A stretch of DNA of 59,547 nt, counting the filler. It is 4 parts of 4 records of this genome, joined end to end, with 100 filler letters (N's around TTAATTAATTAA, not from the genome) between each part and the next. Parts side by side here need not be neighbours in the genome. Positions count along the whole stretch, not along the records: positions 1 to 23,425 come from DRR723986_9106; positions 23,526 to 44,621 come from DRR723986_9107; 2 more parts are not named here. The stretch is one strand, 5' to 3'. This document shows positions 19,301-28,282 of the stretch, piece after piece. Numbering within the stretch: the stretch's first letter is position 1; the number at the start of each line of letters is the position of its first letter. Below the pieces are notes generated by a model, which was not told where the DNA came from, did not search any database, and saw only the letters and a list, made by a program, of their open reading frames with translations. The translations under genes and the position numbers were made by a program.

Positions 19301-21502
19301 TTATTTGCGCAGGTTCAGCCTGTAACGCAACTGTAGAGTTAAACGCCCGGCCGTATTGTCTTCAATATAGTTGTTGCCACTCCCAATCGATTCAGTCTGA
19401 TGTTTGCGTGTCAGGTTACACAGAGCCAGAAGCCGCCATTCTTTAAATGGCCTGATATCCAGAGCTGCCATGCCGAGCAATCCAGTTTCAAACACCGCCG
19501 TTGGAAGGTAAGTGCCCATGCCCGATTGTGACAAGACCCAGAGCGCGCCGGAATACGTGGGGCTGTGGAAATACACCAGATCGCTACGCAACTCCAGCCA
19601 GCTACTTAAACGGAAATTGCACGAAGCGCGCAGATAGTACGAGCGCTCCATAGCACTCGGCGACTGCTCCAGATACTGCCAGGCAAACGCCAGCCTCCAG
19701 TTAAACTGCTTTTTACCGTAATTGCGCAAATCAAGACGCAGTTGATGCCGCTTGCGGCCAGTCGCTTTGGATTCAGCTGGGTCAAAAGATGTCGCCGTTT
19801 CAGTCCTGAACTGCCGTGAATGACTGTGCACATAGAATGCCGAAAGTTTAAGGGGCTGGGATTTGAAACGGTAATGCACTTCACTGATGAGTTCTGCGCC
19901 CGGCAGCGCATTGTTGCTGGAAGGAGCATGTTCGGCCGAGAGATCCTGCAGCAGGGCAAGTTCATGCCGCCCAGAAATCCGCCAGCGCAGCGCCGCCAAA
20001 ATTCCGCGCTCATTGTTAAGGCTTGCGCGGCGGCCCAGGTTCGCACCAAACGCCGAGCGAACTTCAGGTGGGGCATCGCGCATGAAAATTTGTGCGCGCA
20101 CTTTTTTGAACTGTTTAAACCAGCGCAGGGTCCAGGCGTAATTTTGATTGGCATCGCGCAAAATTTCAGCTGCCAGGTAATTTGAATTGTGTTTAAGTGT
20201 TGCCGCCAGGCTGGCAAGTGTTCCACGCTGTCCGGGCAAAACGCCGCCTGCCTGTGATGTGACTGTCAGGCTGTTAACATATCTATAGCTCGCCAGTTGA
20301 ATGTTAAGTTTGTCATTGGCATATCCGGCTGTAAACCCATAAATTTTCTGTGTTAACTTGTTGCGCTTTTGTTGTTCCGTTTGTGATCGGAAGAGGCCCG
20401 CAGTGTAAAGTGAGGAGACAAACTCACCGCCACCATCGGCAAACTCTTTAGTGGTGGCCGCCAGATTTTGCCGCGAGTAAAACAGCGAGAAGTCAATCAG
20501 ACTCGATGCAGTCCCAAATGTGTGAGCCAGCTGCGCACCCCGCAGAAATCCAGCCTCAAGATTGCCGCTGAGTCCACGCACGCGCTGGCGCGCTACAGCA
20601 ATCGTTGCAGAATGCTCGGCCGAGCGTCTTAATCCAAACGCCGGTCCGAACAGGAGCCCCAAGCCGTGCTGCGGCCTGAAGTCTCCAAGAATCAGTTTTG
20701 AGTTTTTGTGTTGCAGACTCAGGAATCCACCGCCGCTGTCGTCCAGCCTGGACTCGCCTTCGTCTTTTTCCAGGCGGATGGCCGCCCGCAGGCGTGGCGC
20801 CTCCAGCAGGAGGTTCTGGCGCAGCGCCAGAGGACTCCCCGTATAAACCGAGCGCGTAAAACCACGACTGGCCGGCAAACTCTGTCGCAGGCGCAGATCG
20901 TAGTTGATTTTGTGTGGCAGGAATGCCGACCAGGCTAATGCGGCGGAGTCTTGGTTCCTGGTGCGGCTATCCTCTGAATCGCGCGGCTGAATCGCCGAAT
21001 AAGCTTCGGACTCCAATTCAACTTCTTCTGAATCTGGTTGAGCAAGTGTTTGGTCGGTCTCGTTCTCCTGCGGCCAGTCTGGAACTTGTACCCTTGTTTG
21101 CCGGGCACTGCTCTCGCCCGAGGTTGAATCAATCGAACTTTGCACCGCCGGAGTTTGCGCGGATCCTGCTGTGCTTGTGCTGCAGCCCGTGAGTACCGGC
21201 ACAATCGTGAGAAGCACAACTGCAAGTAACATCACAGTCGCCAGCCCCTGAACCTTCCTATTGTCTTCCGCCCAATCATCATCCGCCGAGTCATCATCCG
21301 CTGAGCGATCTTCAGCACAGCCACCCGCCTGCTGCAAGACTGGCAGCTGCGCGGGCCAAACTCCGGCGTCACACGCTGAGCGGCCCTTGAATTTTGAGTG
21401 TCGTCTGCAGTCCATATGCATGTGCGTCCGCTCCTTTTTTGCGCGAGTCTCTGATCCCAGGGACTCGTGTTTAACTGAATATTCGATATAAATCGGCTGC
21501 AT
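19301..21502 (-). CDS. Outer-membrane beta-barrel protein of the Bacteroidota 'ComEA/HhH-domain' family, HhH domains apparently absent; start uncertain (possibly near 21232)
   Basis: Family-like motifs RGF...Y.GSP, EKDEGE, LGDF...GLGLLFG, FLRG and GLFRS..E; amphipathic beta C-terminus (LTLQLRY); lipobox-like VLTGC. Confidence 0.6.
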   Translation of the reverse strand: MQPIYIEYSVKHESLGSETRAKKERTHMHMDCRRHSKFKGRSACDAGVWPAQLPVLQQAGGCAEDRSADDDSADDDWAEDNRKVQGLATVMLLAVVLLTIVPVLTGCSTSTAGSAQTPAVQSSIDSTSGESSARQTRVQVPDWPQENETDQTLAQPDSEEVELESEAYSAIQPRDSEDSRTRNQDSAALAWSAFLPHKINYDLRLRQSLPASRGFTRSVYTGSPLALRQNLLLEAPRLRAAIRLEKDEGESRLDDSGGGFLSLQHKNSKLILGDFRPQHGLGLLFGPAFGLRRSAEHSATIAVARQRVRGLSGNLEAGFLRGAQLAHTFGTASSLIDFSLFYSRQNLAATTKEFADGGGEFVSSLYTAGLFRSQTEQQKRNKLTQKIYGFTAGYANDKLNIQLASYRYVNSLTVTSQAGGVLPGQRGTLASLAATLKHNSNYLAAEILRDANQNYAWTLRWFKQFKKVRAQIFMRDAPPEVRSAFGANLGRRASLNNERGILAALRWRISGRHELALLQDLSAEHAPSSNNALPGAELISEVHYRFKSQPLKLSAFYVHSHSRQFRTETATSFDPAESKATGRKRHQLRLDLRNYGKKQFNWRLAFAWQYLEQSPSAMERSYYLRASCNFRLSSWLELRSDLVYFHSPTYSGALWVLSQSGMGTYLPTAVFETGLLGMAALDIRPFKEWRLLALCNLTRKHQTESIGSGNNYIEDNTAGRLTLQLRYRLNLRK
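21262..21320. repeat. Degenerate 15-bp tandem repeat (about 4 units; SADDD-type on the minus strand)
   Basis: TCATCATCCGCCGAG TCATCATCCGCTGAG plus flanking degenerate copies. Confidence 0.6.
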
Positions 21503-21565
21503 GACGCCGCTTCAATTCTGACTTTAGCGCTCTGGCCGACAAAGATAACCGGTCGTTCGGTATAA

Positions 21566-22426
21566 TTAATATGCAAGTGCTAACTGCATTTGCAGGCGCA
21601 TGCCGAGGTCCAGGACAAATTGCGCGCGCGACCGCAGGCTGAAGTCTTTTAGCTTTAACTCCAGGTGTCCCTGAACACTCAGCGGCTGAGTTGTAAATCC
21701 CAGCGCGGTCCGCCAGGAGCTATCCTCAGTAGCCTCAAGATCTGCGAAACTCAGCGCGATGTTTAGGCCGGGCGATTTGTGTTCTTGTAACTGCAGGCCC
21801 AGCTGCAGGTTCAGTTGTGTATTAGTAGCGTCTGTTATTCGCACAAGCAGCTGCGGTCGCGCCGACCAGTACCCCGAGGGCTGCGCAGACAGGATAAACG
21901 TATGCTGCCAGGTAAAAGCCAGGTTCGCGCCCAGGTCCAGCAGAAATGCAGGGCCCAGACTGTGGCGCCAATTTGACGCTGCACCGCGCAGCAGGAACAG
22001 TGAGCTCTGAACGTTGAACGCCGAGTGTAAAAAGGGCGCGACACGTGCGCCAAACCCCATGCTGAAGGTTCCATCAAAAAAGCGATCGTCTCCGCGCGCT
22101 GCAATTTGCCAGCGCGAAGCCCAGTTCGCGGAATGCTGCAGGTTCAGGCCAAGTGTTGCACGCCTTAGAGCGGCCACGCCGAAGGGGGCCGGCGCGAATT
22201 CTACAAACATGGCGTCAGTTCTGATGTACTGTAGTCAGTAGGCAGGCAATCCCGGCCCTGCGTCCGCCGCCTGCGGAAGCCAAACAGCGGACTCCACGAA
22301 ATCCGCGTCCTTTGCGTCAGTGACGGCACAGAGACCGGTCGCTGCCAGGAAGGTAAAAATGTGTACCACAAGCCTGATGCGTTTGTGCAGTACAGCTAAG
22401 CCGACTAACTTTGGAGTGCTTTCCAT
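21566..22426 (-). pseudogene. Outer-membrane barrel-like gene interrupted by one in-frame TGA (22235-22237); downstream ORF 21566-22210
   Basis: The signal-peptide-like ORF 22235-22495 and the barrel-like ORF 21566-22210 share a frame and are separated only by TGA-L-Q-Y-I-R-T-D-A. The downstream part has PAPFG and ends in an aromatic residue (LALAY). Confidence 0.5.
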
Positions 22427-22461
22427 GGCGATGTTTCCTGCGATATTTTGAAGGTTATCCG

Positions 22462-23373
22462 ATGCTAAATTCGAAGTATGTTCTGCTGCTGACAAGTGTA
22501 TTCGTTTGTATGGGGGCTATTACCCAAGTGAACGGGCAGGAATTCGTTGCGAACGTCACTGTCAACATGGAACAGATTCCGATTGACCAACGCGACGACA
22601 TCATGACGATGGAACGTGATGTCTCCTCCTACATCAACAACCAGCGTTTTACTGAGGGGCAGTGGGATAGCGATCCAATCGGCGTCAACGTCTCGATATT
22701 TCTGATGTCGCGCCAGGGCAACAACTACGCCGCCAGACTGATCATCAGTTCACAGCGCCCGCTGCTCAGCTCGGAAGGTGCGCAAACACTGGCGATGCAG
22801 TTTTACGACGACACCTGGTTTTTCCCATACAGTCGCAATGCCGTGCTTGGATTTACTGAGGGCCGTTTTGATCAGTTCTCCAGCCTGCTGGACTTCTACC
22901 TGTTTATGGCGCTGGGCCTGGATTTTGACAGTTTCGGTGAATTGGACGGCACGTTCTTTTACGAGCAGGCGTACGAAATCTGGCAACTGGGCAATGCGCG
23001 TGGCGCGGCCGGATACGAATTGGAATTTGAGCCGGGGGAAATCACCAAATACACGGTCGTTAATGAAGTCATCAACCCGCGCTACGAAAAATTCCGCAAG
23101 CTCGTGTTTGCCTACTATGTTGATGGACTTGATGAGCTGGATCAAAATTCGGAAACGGCCTACCAAAATCTGGAGGCGACCTTTGGCTCCATGGTGCGTT
23201 TTAAGGATCAACTTGTCGGCTCCAGTTCACTGATGCAGTCCTGGTTTGACTTCAAACACACCGAGCTGGCAGAAATCTTCAAAGACTATCCGAACCGCAA
23301 GCTGATTCTTAAAATGCTGAGTTATCTGGATCCGGGGCACTCAAGTTCGTATCTTGAGGCGCTCGGGAATTGA
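22462..23373 (+). CDS. DUF4835 family protein (T9SS PorD-like)
   Basis: Signal peptide then QEFVANVTVN; SQRP; LGLDFDSFGELDG; YYVDGLD; LDPGH. Start reassigned to ATG 22462. Confidence 0.8.
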   Translation: MLNSKYVLLLTSVFVCMGAITQVNGQEFVANVTVNMEQIPIDQRDDIMTMERDVSSYINNQRFTEGQWDSDPIGVNVSIFLMSRQGNNYAARLIISSQRPLLSSEGAQTLAMQFYDDTWFFPYSRNAVLGFTEGRFDQFSSLLDFYLFMALGLDFDSFGELDGTFFYEQAYEIWQLGNARGAAGYELEFEPGEITKYTVVNEVINPRYEKFRKLVFAYYVDGLDELDQNSETAYQNLEATFGSMVRFKDQLVGSSSLMQSWFDFKHTELAEIFKDYPNRKLILKMLSYLDPGHSSSYLEALGN

Positions 23374-23395
23374 TTCCGGTATTGACCAGCGTTAA

Positions 23396-23425
23396 CTCTT
23401 ACAGCTCTTACAGCTCTTACAGCTC
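23396..23425. repeat. 9-bp tandem repeat CTCTTACAG x3.3 at the contig end
   Basis: Visible in the sequence; runs into the N spacer. Confidence 0.85.
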
Positions 23426-23525
23426 NNNNNNNNNNNNNNNNNNNNNNNNNNNNNNNNNNNNNNNNNNNNTTAATTAATTAANNNNNNNNNNNNNNNNNNN
23501 NNNNNNNNNNNNNNNNNNNNNNNNN
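23426..23525. other. Artificial contig spacer
   Basis: 44 N + TTAATTAATTAA (stops in all six frames) + 44 N. Confidence 0.99.
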
Positions 23526-23527
23526 CA

Positions 23528-25726
23528 CTTGCAAGTGATACGTTGGAGGCATTGCGTGCTCCGGTCGAACACTTGGGACTTCCGTGGCAGGTTGAATCGA
23601 GGACCGGCGATACGAGTAGCAGTGTCAAGTCCCGCCAGCTCAAGAAACTCCCAACTGCACTTGTAACTACACCGGAGAGTCTGAGCCTGATGCTTTCGCA
23701 TGCCGGCGTCCAGGAACAGCTTACATCTCTTGAAGCTATCTTCGTCGACGAATGGCACGAACTGCTGGGCACGAAACGGGGTACCCAAACAGAACTCGCC
23801 CTCGCGCGACTCCGCATGCTAAGCCCGAAACTTCGAACTTGGGGGATCTCCGCCACACTCGGTAACCTAGATGAGGCATGCGCGGCACTCTTGGGCAGCC
23901 ATCCCAGTCGGCCCGCCGGGAAGATAATCGAAGGCTATCAGAAAAAGCGAGTGGTCCTTCAGTCGCTGATCCCATCTCAAATGGAGAACTTCCCCTGGAC
24001 CGGTCATATCGGCCAGAAAATGATACCGCAGGTCGTCGAGAAAATCGAACAGTGCGAGAGTGCGTTAGTCTTTACGAACACACGGTCGCAAACCGAGATA
24101 TGGTACCAGGAGATCTTGAAGGCCCGACCAGACTGGGCTGGACTCATTGCTGTCCACCACGGCTCCCTGGACGGCGAAGTGCGACGTTGGGTTGAAAATG
24201 GCCTCCGCAATGGCTCACTGCGAGCTGTCGTGTGCACCAGCAGTCTTGATCTCGGCGTAGATTTCACAGCCGTGGATATCGTGTTTCAGGTAGGAAGCCC
24301 CAAAGGTGCTGCGCGATTGCTACAACGTGCTGGTCGTAGCGGTCACCGCCCAGACGCCACTAGTCGGCTGTACTTCGTGCCAACCAACTCTCTAGAATTG
24401 ATTGAGCTTGCATCCGCCCAAGATGCGATCAAAGCAAAACAACTCGAAGCACGGCGACCTCTCGACAATCCGATCGACGTTCTCGCTCAACATGCCGTTA
24501 CACTAGCTGTTGGCGGGGGATTCGATGCGGAAGAACTACTCAGTGAGGTGCGATCGACGCGAGCTTATGAAACACTGACCGATGCACAGTGGCAGTGGGT
24601 GCTTAGCTACATTTGCACTGGCGGTTCGTCGCTCAAGGCATATCCGGAATTCCAGAAAGTGGAATTTTCCGATGGCTCTTACCGCATGCAGGATCGCAGA
24701 CTGATTCGGCAGCATCGCATGAGCATCGGAACGATCACCTCCGATGCATCAATGCAGGTCCGATACATGAGCGGCCGCTCGTTGGGCACGACGGAGGAAT
24801 CCTTTATCGGCAAACTCAACGAAGGCGATACCTTCCTGTTTGCAGGTCGAGTTGTACGGCTAGTGAAAATTCATGACAACGCCGCCTATGTACGACGCGC
24901 CTCGGGCAAACCGGATGCGATCCCGCGTTGGGGTGGCGGAAGAATGCCCCTTTCCACCGAACTGGGTGCTGCACTGCGACTCCGAATTCAACAGGCGGCT
25001 GAAGGAATTCTTCAGGGCCGTGAAATGCGAGCTCTTTCGGGTTTGATGCAGATTCAGAGTCAGTGGAGCCATATCCCCAAGTGCGATGAACTACTGGTCG
25101 AAACCATCAAGACGCGGGAGGGCTACCACACTTGCATCTTCCCGTACGAGGGACGTCTCGCTCATGAGGGCTTGGCTGCGGTTTTCGCCTTTCGTATTTC
25201 TCGCTTGGTCAAGATCACTCTAACACTTGCTTGCAACGACCATGGACTCCTACTACATTCACGGCAGCCAATTCCGATTTCCGAAGCGATTGATGCGGGG
25301 CTGTTTGATCCATCAAACCTAGAAGCCGACATTGAAGCGAGCTTGAACGCAACGCAAATGGCCAAAAAACAGTTCCGCCAGATTGCGAGGGTGGCAGGCC
25401 TTGTGCACGACGGGATGCCCGGCCAAAACAAGAGCGCCAAGCATCTTCGTGCGAGCAGTAATATGTTCTATGATGTGTTTCAAAGGTACGATCCTGCCAA
25501 CCTCTTGCTCGAACAAAGCCGTCACGAGGTGCTTCAATTTCAGCTTGAATCGCAGCGCATGTATTCTGCACTGGCGAGAATTGAAACAGGGAAAGTCGTG
25601 CAAACCAATCCGCAGAAGATGACTCCGTTTTCGTTCCCCTTGTACGTCGACCGACTCCGCGAACGTGTCAGCAGTGAATCTCTCGCTGATCGCGTCTCAA
25701 AAATCATCAATAAACTGAACCAATAG
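23528..25726 (+). CDS. Ligase-associated DNA damage response DExH helicase (Lhr-core), 5'-truncated
   Basis: RTGDT, TTPESL, DEWHELLG.KRG, SATLGN, HHGSL, SSLDLGVD, QRAGRSGH and PRWGGGRMPLS; the frame is open to the contig edge. Confidence 0.92.
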   Translation, partial: LASDTLEALRAPVEHLGLPWQVESRTGDTSSSVKSRQLKKLPTALVTTPESLSLMLSHAGVQEQLTSLEAIFVDEWHELLGTKRGTQTELALARLRMLSPKLRTWGISATLGNLDEACAALLGSHPSRPAGKIIEGYQKKRVVLQSLIPSQMENFPWTGHIGQKMIPQVVEKIEQCESALVFTNTRSQTEIWYQEILKARPDWAGLIAVHHGSLDGEVRRWVENGLRNGSLRAVVCTSSLDLGVDFTAVDIVFQVGSPKGAARLLQRAGRSGHRPDATSRLYFVPTNSLELIELASAQDAIKAKQLEARRPLDNPIDVLAQHAVTLAVGGGFDAEELLSEVRSTRAYETLTDAQWQWVLSYICTGGSSLKAYPEFQKVEFSDGSYRMQDRRLIRQHRMSIGTITSDASMQVRYMSGRSLGTTEESFIGKLNEGDTFLFAGRVVRLVKIHDNAAYVRRASGKPDAIPRWGGGRMPLSTELGAALRLRIQQAAEGILQGREMRALSGLMQIQSQWSHIPKCDELLVETIKTREGYHTCIFPYEGRLAHEGLAAVFAFRISRLVKITLTLACNDHGLLLHSRQPIPISEAIDAGLFDPSNLEADIEASLNATQMAKKQFRQIARVAGLVHDGMPGQNKSAKHLRASSNMFYDVFQRYDPANLLLEQSRHEVLQFQLESQRMYSALARIETGKVVQTNPQKMTPFSFPLYVDRLRERVSSESLADRVSKIINKLNQ

Positions 25727-25739
25727 AAAGTGCGCAGGG

Positions 25740-26441
25740 ATGGCTTCAGACAATACTCTTGCACCGGATGACAAACGCGGAGCAGGTAGCGTCAGCTTCT
25801 CGTGCAGTGGCGAAGAGCTTGTGCTACTACCGACCTGTGGCCTTTACCTCCCCAGTCATGAGGCGTTGCTGGTCGCCGACCCTCACTTCGGAAAAGATGC
25901 AAGTTTTCGCAAAGGCGGTGTGGCTGTTCCTCAAGGCAGTTCTGAAGATACGCTTGAGTTAATCCAACAAATGCTTCGAACAACGCAAGCTAGAAAACTG
26001 GTTTTCCTAGGCGACTTGTTTCACGCGAGATGCTCGTTGACTCAAGATTTGCAAGCGCGAATATCGGCCTTCTTTCAAGAGCACTGCGACACTCAGTTTT
26101 ATCTAACGCTAGGCAACCATGACGTGGCAACCGAGCAGTTTCCTGCAGATTGGGACTTAGAGATACATTCGTCACTGAGGTTCGGCAGTATCGTGATGGA
26201 GCATTTCCCCCGCGAACCAAACTCTGGCGAATTGCTTTGCTGCGGGCACCTCCACCCCTCGGTTCGCCTTCCCGATGTGGGCAAGCTATCCTGTTTTTGG
26301 CTCCATGACAGCCAGCTAGTCCTGCCCGCCATTGGACGGTTCACCGGCACTGCCTCAATCAAGCCAGGTCGCGAGGACACGATTTGGGTCACTGACGGCG
26401 AAAGCATCCACAGTATGCCTGCGGAATATCTGTTGAAGTAA
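25740..26441 (+). CDS. pdeM: Ligase-associated DNA damage response metallophosphoesterase/endonuclease
   Basis: ADPHFGK, LGDLFH, GNHD, GHLHP and LPA.G.FTG; directly after Lhr-core, as in the known cluster. Confidence 0.9.
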   Translation: MASDNTLAPDDKRGAGSVSFSCSGEELVLLPTCGLYLPSHEALLVADPHFGKDASFRKGGVAVPQGSSEDTLELIQQMLRTTQARKLVFLGDLFHARCSLTQDLQARISAFFQEHCDTQFYLTLGNHDVATEQFPADWDLEIHSSLRFGSIVMEHFPREPNSGELLCCGHLHPSVRLPDVGKLSCFWLHDSQLVLPAIGRFTGTASIKPGREDTIWVTDGESIHSMPAEYLLK

Positions 26442-26512
26442 GTTCTTCGCCGCGTCAGAGGTTATCCTGTACCCCCAGACGTTGTTCACTGACCTTCCTC
26501 CAGGAGCATCCT

Positions 26513-27406
26513 GTGCAGAATTGCATTGCCCGCCTACCGTCGCTAGCTGCTGTCTTTTGCGGAGTATTCCTCCTTTCGACAACTGCCTTTTCAGATCCAG
26601 CCGCCGCCGAAGAGACTACGACGGCGCGAGTGATGAGCTACAACATTCGCTACCTGAATAAACGTGACGGCGATGATGTCTGGGGCAACCGAAACCAAGC
26701 GGTTGCTAGCGCTTTGAAAGACGCTGACGTTTTTGGTCTGCAGGAAGCGGTCAAGGAACAGATTGCAGACCTTGAAAAGGCACTGCCGGAGTTTCACTGG
26801 TACGCGGTCGGGCGTGATGATGGTAAGGACGGCGGAGAGGCGTCGCCAGTCGCATGGCGGAAGGACCGATTCGACTTGATTGCGAAGGGCACGTTCTGGT
26901 TGAGTGAAACACCTACGGTCGTCGGATCCGTAGGTTGGGATGCTGCATTGCCTCGAGTTGCATCTTGGGTGCGTCTTAGTGAAAAGAAGAGCGGGAACGA
27001 GTTGCTCGTTGTGAACACACATTTTGACCACCGAGGCGCGAAGGCGAGAGCCCAAGCGGCAATCCTCGTGCGGGACTGGATCGCGCGCGAGGCACCAAGT
27101 GGACGCGTTGCCCTGCTCGGAGATTTCAACGCAACGCAGAAGGGGGTTCCGATCCAAAACCTGCTTGAGCAAGTCGAATCCCAGAAACCACTCGTCGACG
27201 CTCGTGAACACTCAAAAACACCTGATCCAGGTCCCAACACAACCTGGAACGGTTTCCGTGAGCTTGAACCAGACCGGCGAATCGACTTCATCTTCACGCG
27301 AGAACTAACAGTGAAGAAATTCGAAACACTAAACCCGAAAACCAAATCGGGGCGATTCGCCAGCGATCACCTTCCAATTGCGGCAACCATTGAACTGACT
27401 CATTAA
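26513..27406 (+). CDS. Exported endonuclease/exonuclease/phosphatase (EEP) family protein
   Basis: Signal peptide; SYNIR, GLQE, GTFWLSETP, NTHFDH, GDFN, RIDFIF and SDHLP. Confidence 0.9.
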   Translation: MQNCIARLPSLAAVFCGVFLLSTTAFSDPAAAEETTTARVMSYNIRYLNKRDGDDVWGNRNQAVASALKDADVFGLQEAVKEQIADLEKALPEFHWYAVGRDDGKDGGEASPVAWRKDRFDLIAKGTFWLSETPTVVGSVGWDAALPRVASWVRLSEKKSGNELLVVNTHFDHRGAKARAQAAILVRDWIAREAPSGRVALLGDFNATQKGVPIQNLLEQVESQKPLVDAREHSKTPDPGPNTTWNGFRELEPDRRIDFIFTRELTVKKFETLNPKTKSGRFASDHLPIAATIELTH

Positions 27407-28101
27407 GCATCTCGTTCGGTGGGATCGAGCGTACGTCCCCAGAAGTAGCCATTGATTCCTTGCAGTGGTCCGGTAACGAAGTAGACCAAGCCGGCCCACG
27501 CTGCCAACGATGAGAGCGCGAACACAATGGAGACTGTTCCAATCAGGATATAGATACTCAGTTCGCTAATCTTCAGCTTAGTTAGCTGCACTTCGTTCGG
27601 CGTTAGCTCAAGTCCCGCGCGACGACGATAGGCGTAGACATGCATGGCGGTCAGTACGCCAAAGATTGCGACAAAACCACCGCTGTACATGCACATCAAC
27701 ATGGGCACTTGCTCGCGGCTGATACTTGTGTTCGCCTGTTCGAACATGAACGTGTACAAGAATTTCAGCGGATAGACGTAGAAGACAACCAGGAACATAA
27801 GAACTGCATTGAGCAGCATGATCGGGTAATCTTCAATACCATAACGCCGATGAAACAAAAAGTTATAGTACCAGCACATCAATAGAATAGCGAAGCAGAT
27901 CGCAAATGCGGGCAGTCGCCGAAACGCCGCCAGGAGTTCATCGAAACTGCTTGGCACCTCAACCGAGACGACAATCAAGGTCAACGCAAGCGCTATGATT
28001 GCGTCGAAGAGCGCTTCTAACCGAGAGACTTCGCCACCACGCCAGCGAAAAAAGACATCACCTTGCTGGACGGCGTCCAAGACAGACTTCTTTGGGCTCA
28101 T
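27403..28101 (-). CDS. TMEM175/DUF1211 family membrane protein (K+ channel-like)
   Basis: FRWRG.EVSRLEA..DA..ALALTL..VS.EVP, about 6 hydrophobic helices, RRYG and YPLKF. Confidence 0.8.
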   Translation of the reverse strand: MSPKKSVLDAVQQGDVFFRWRGGEVSRLEALFDAIIALALTLIVVSVEVPSSFDELLAAFRRLPAFAICFAILLMCWYYNFLFHRRYGIEDYPIMLLNAVLMFLVVFYVYPLKFLYTFMFEQANTSISREQVPMLMCMYSGGFVAIFGVLTAMHVYAYRRRAGLELTPNEVQLTKLKISELSIYILIGTVSIVFALSSLAAWAGLVYFVTGPLQGINGYFWGRTLDPTERDA

Positions 28102-28282
28102 TGCAAGGTACCTAGATGGGATGCGTGGCCTTGCAGGGCGAACAGCACACCGCTTGCTTAGCTTCCCGCCATGTTATCCCTACCAGGCGAAGAAGCAATA
28201 TGCCTCGCCTTGGCTGCCGCTTCAGGTCCAGCTCCTCTTCGGAGCCAACTCGACCGCGGTGTCGCTAGTTGCCTCCTTGGTC

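Noticed and set aside
23470..23481. TTAATTAATTAA palindrome (also at 44666 and 53751) as a biological site
   Set aside because: It is flanked by exactly 44 N on each side every time; a standard six-frame-stop linker.
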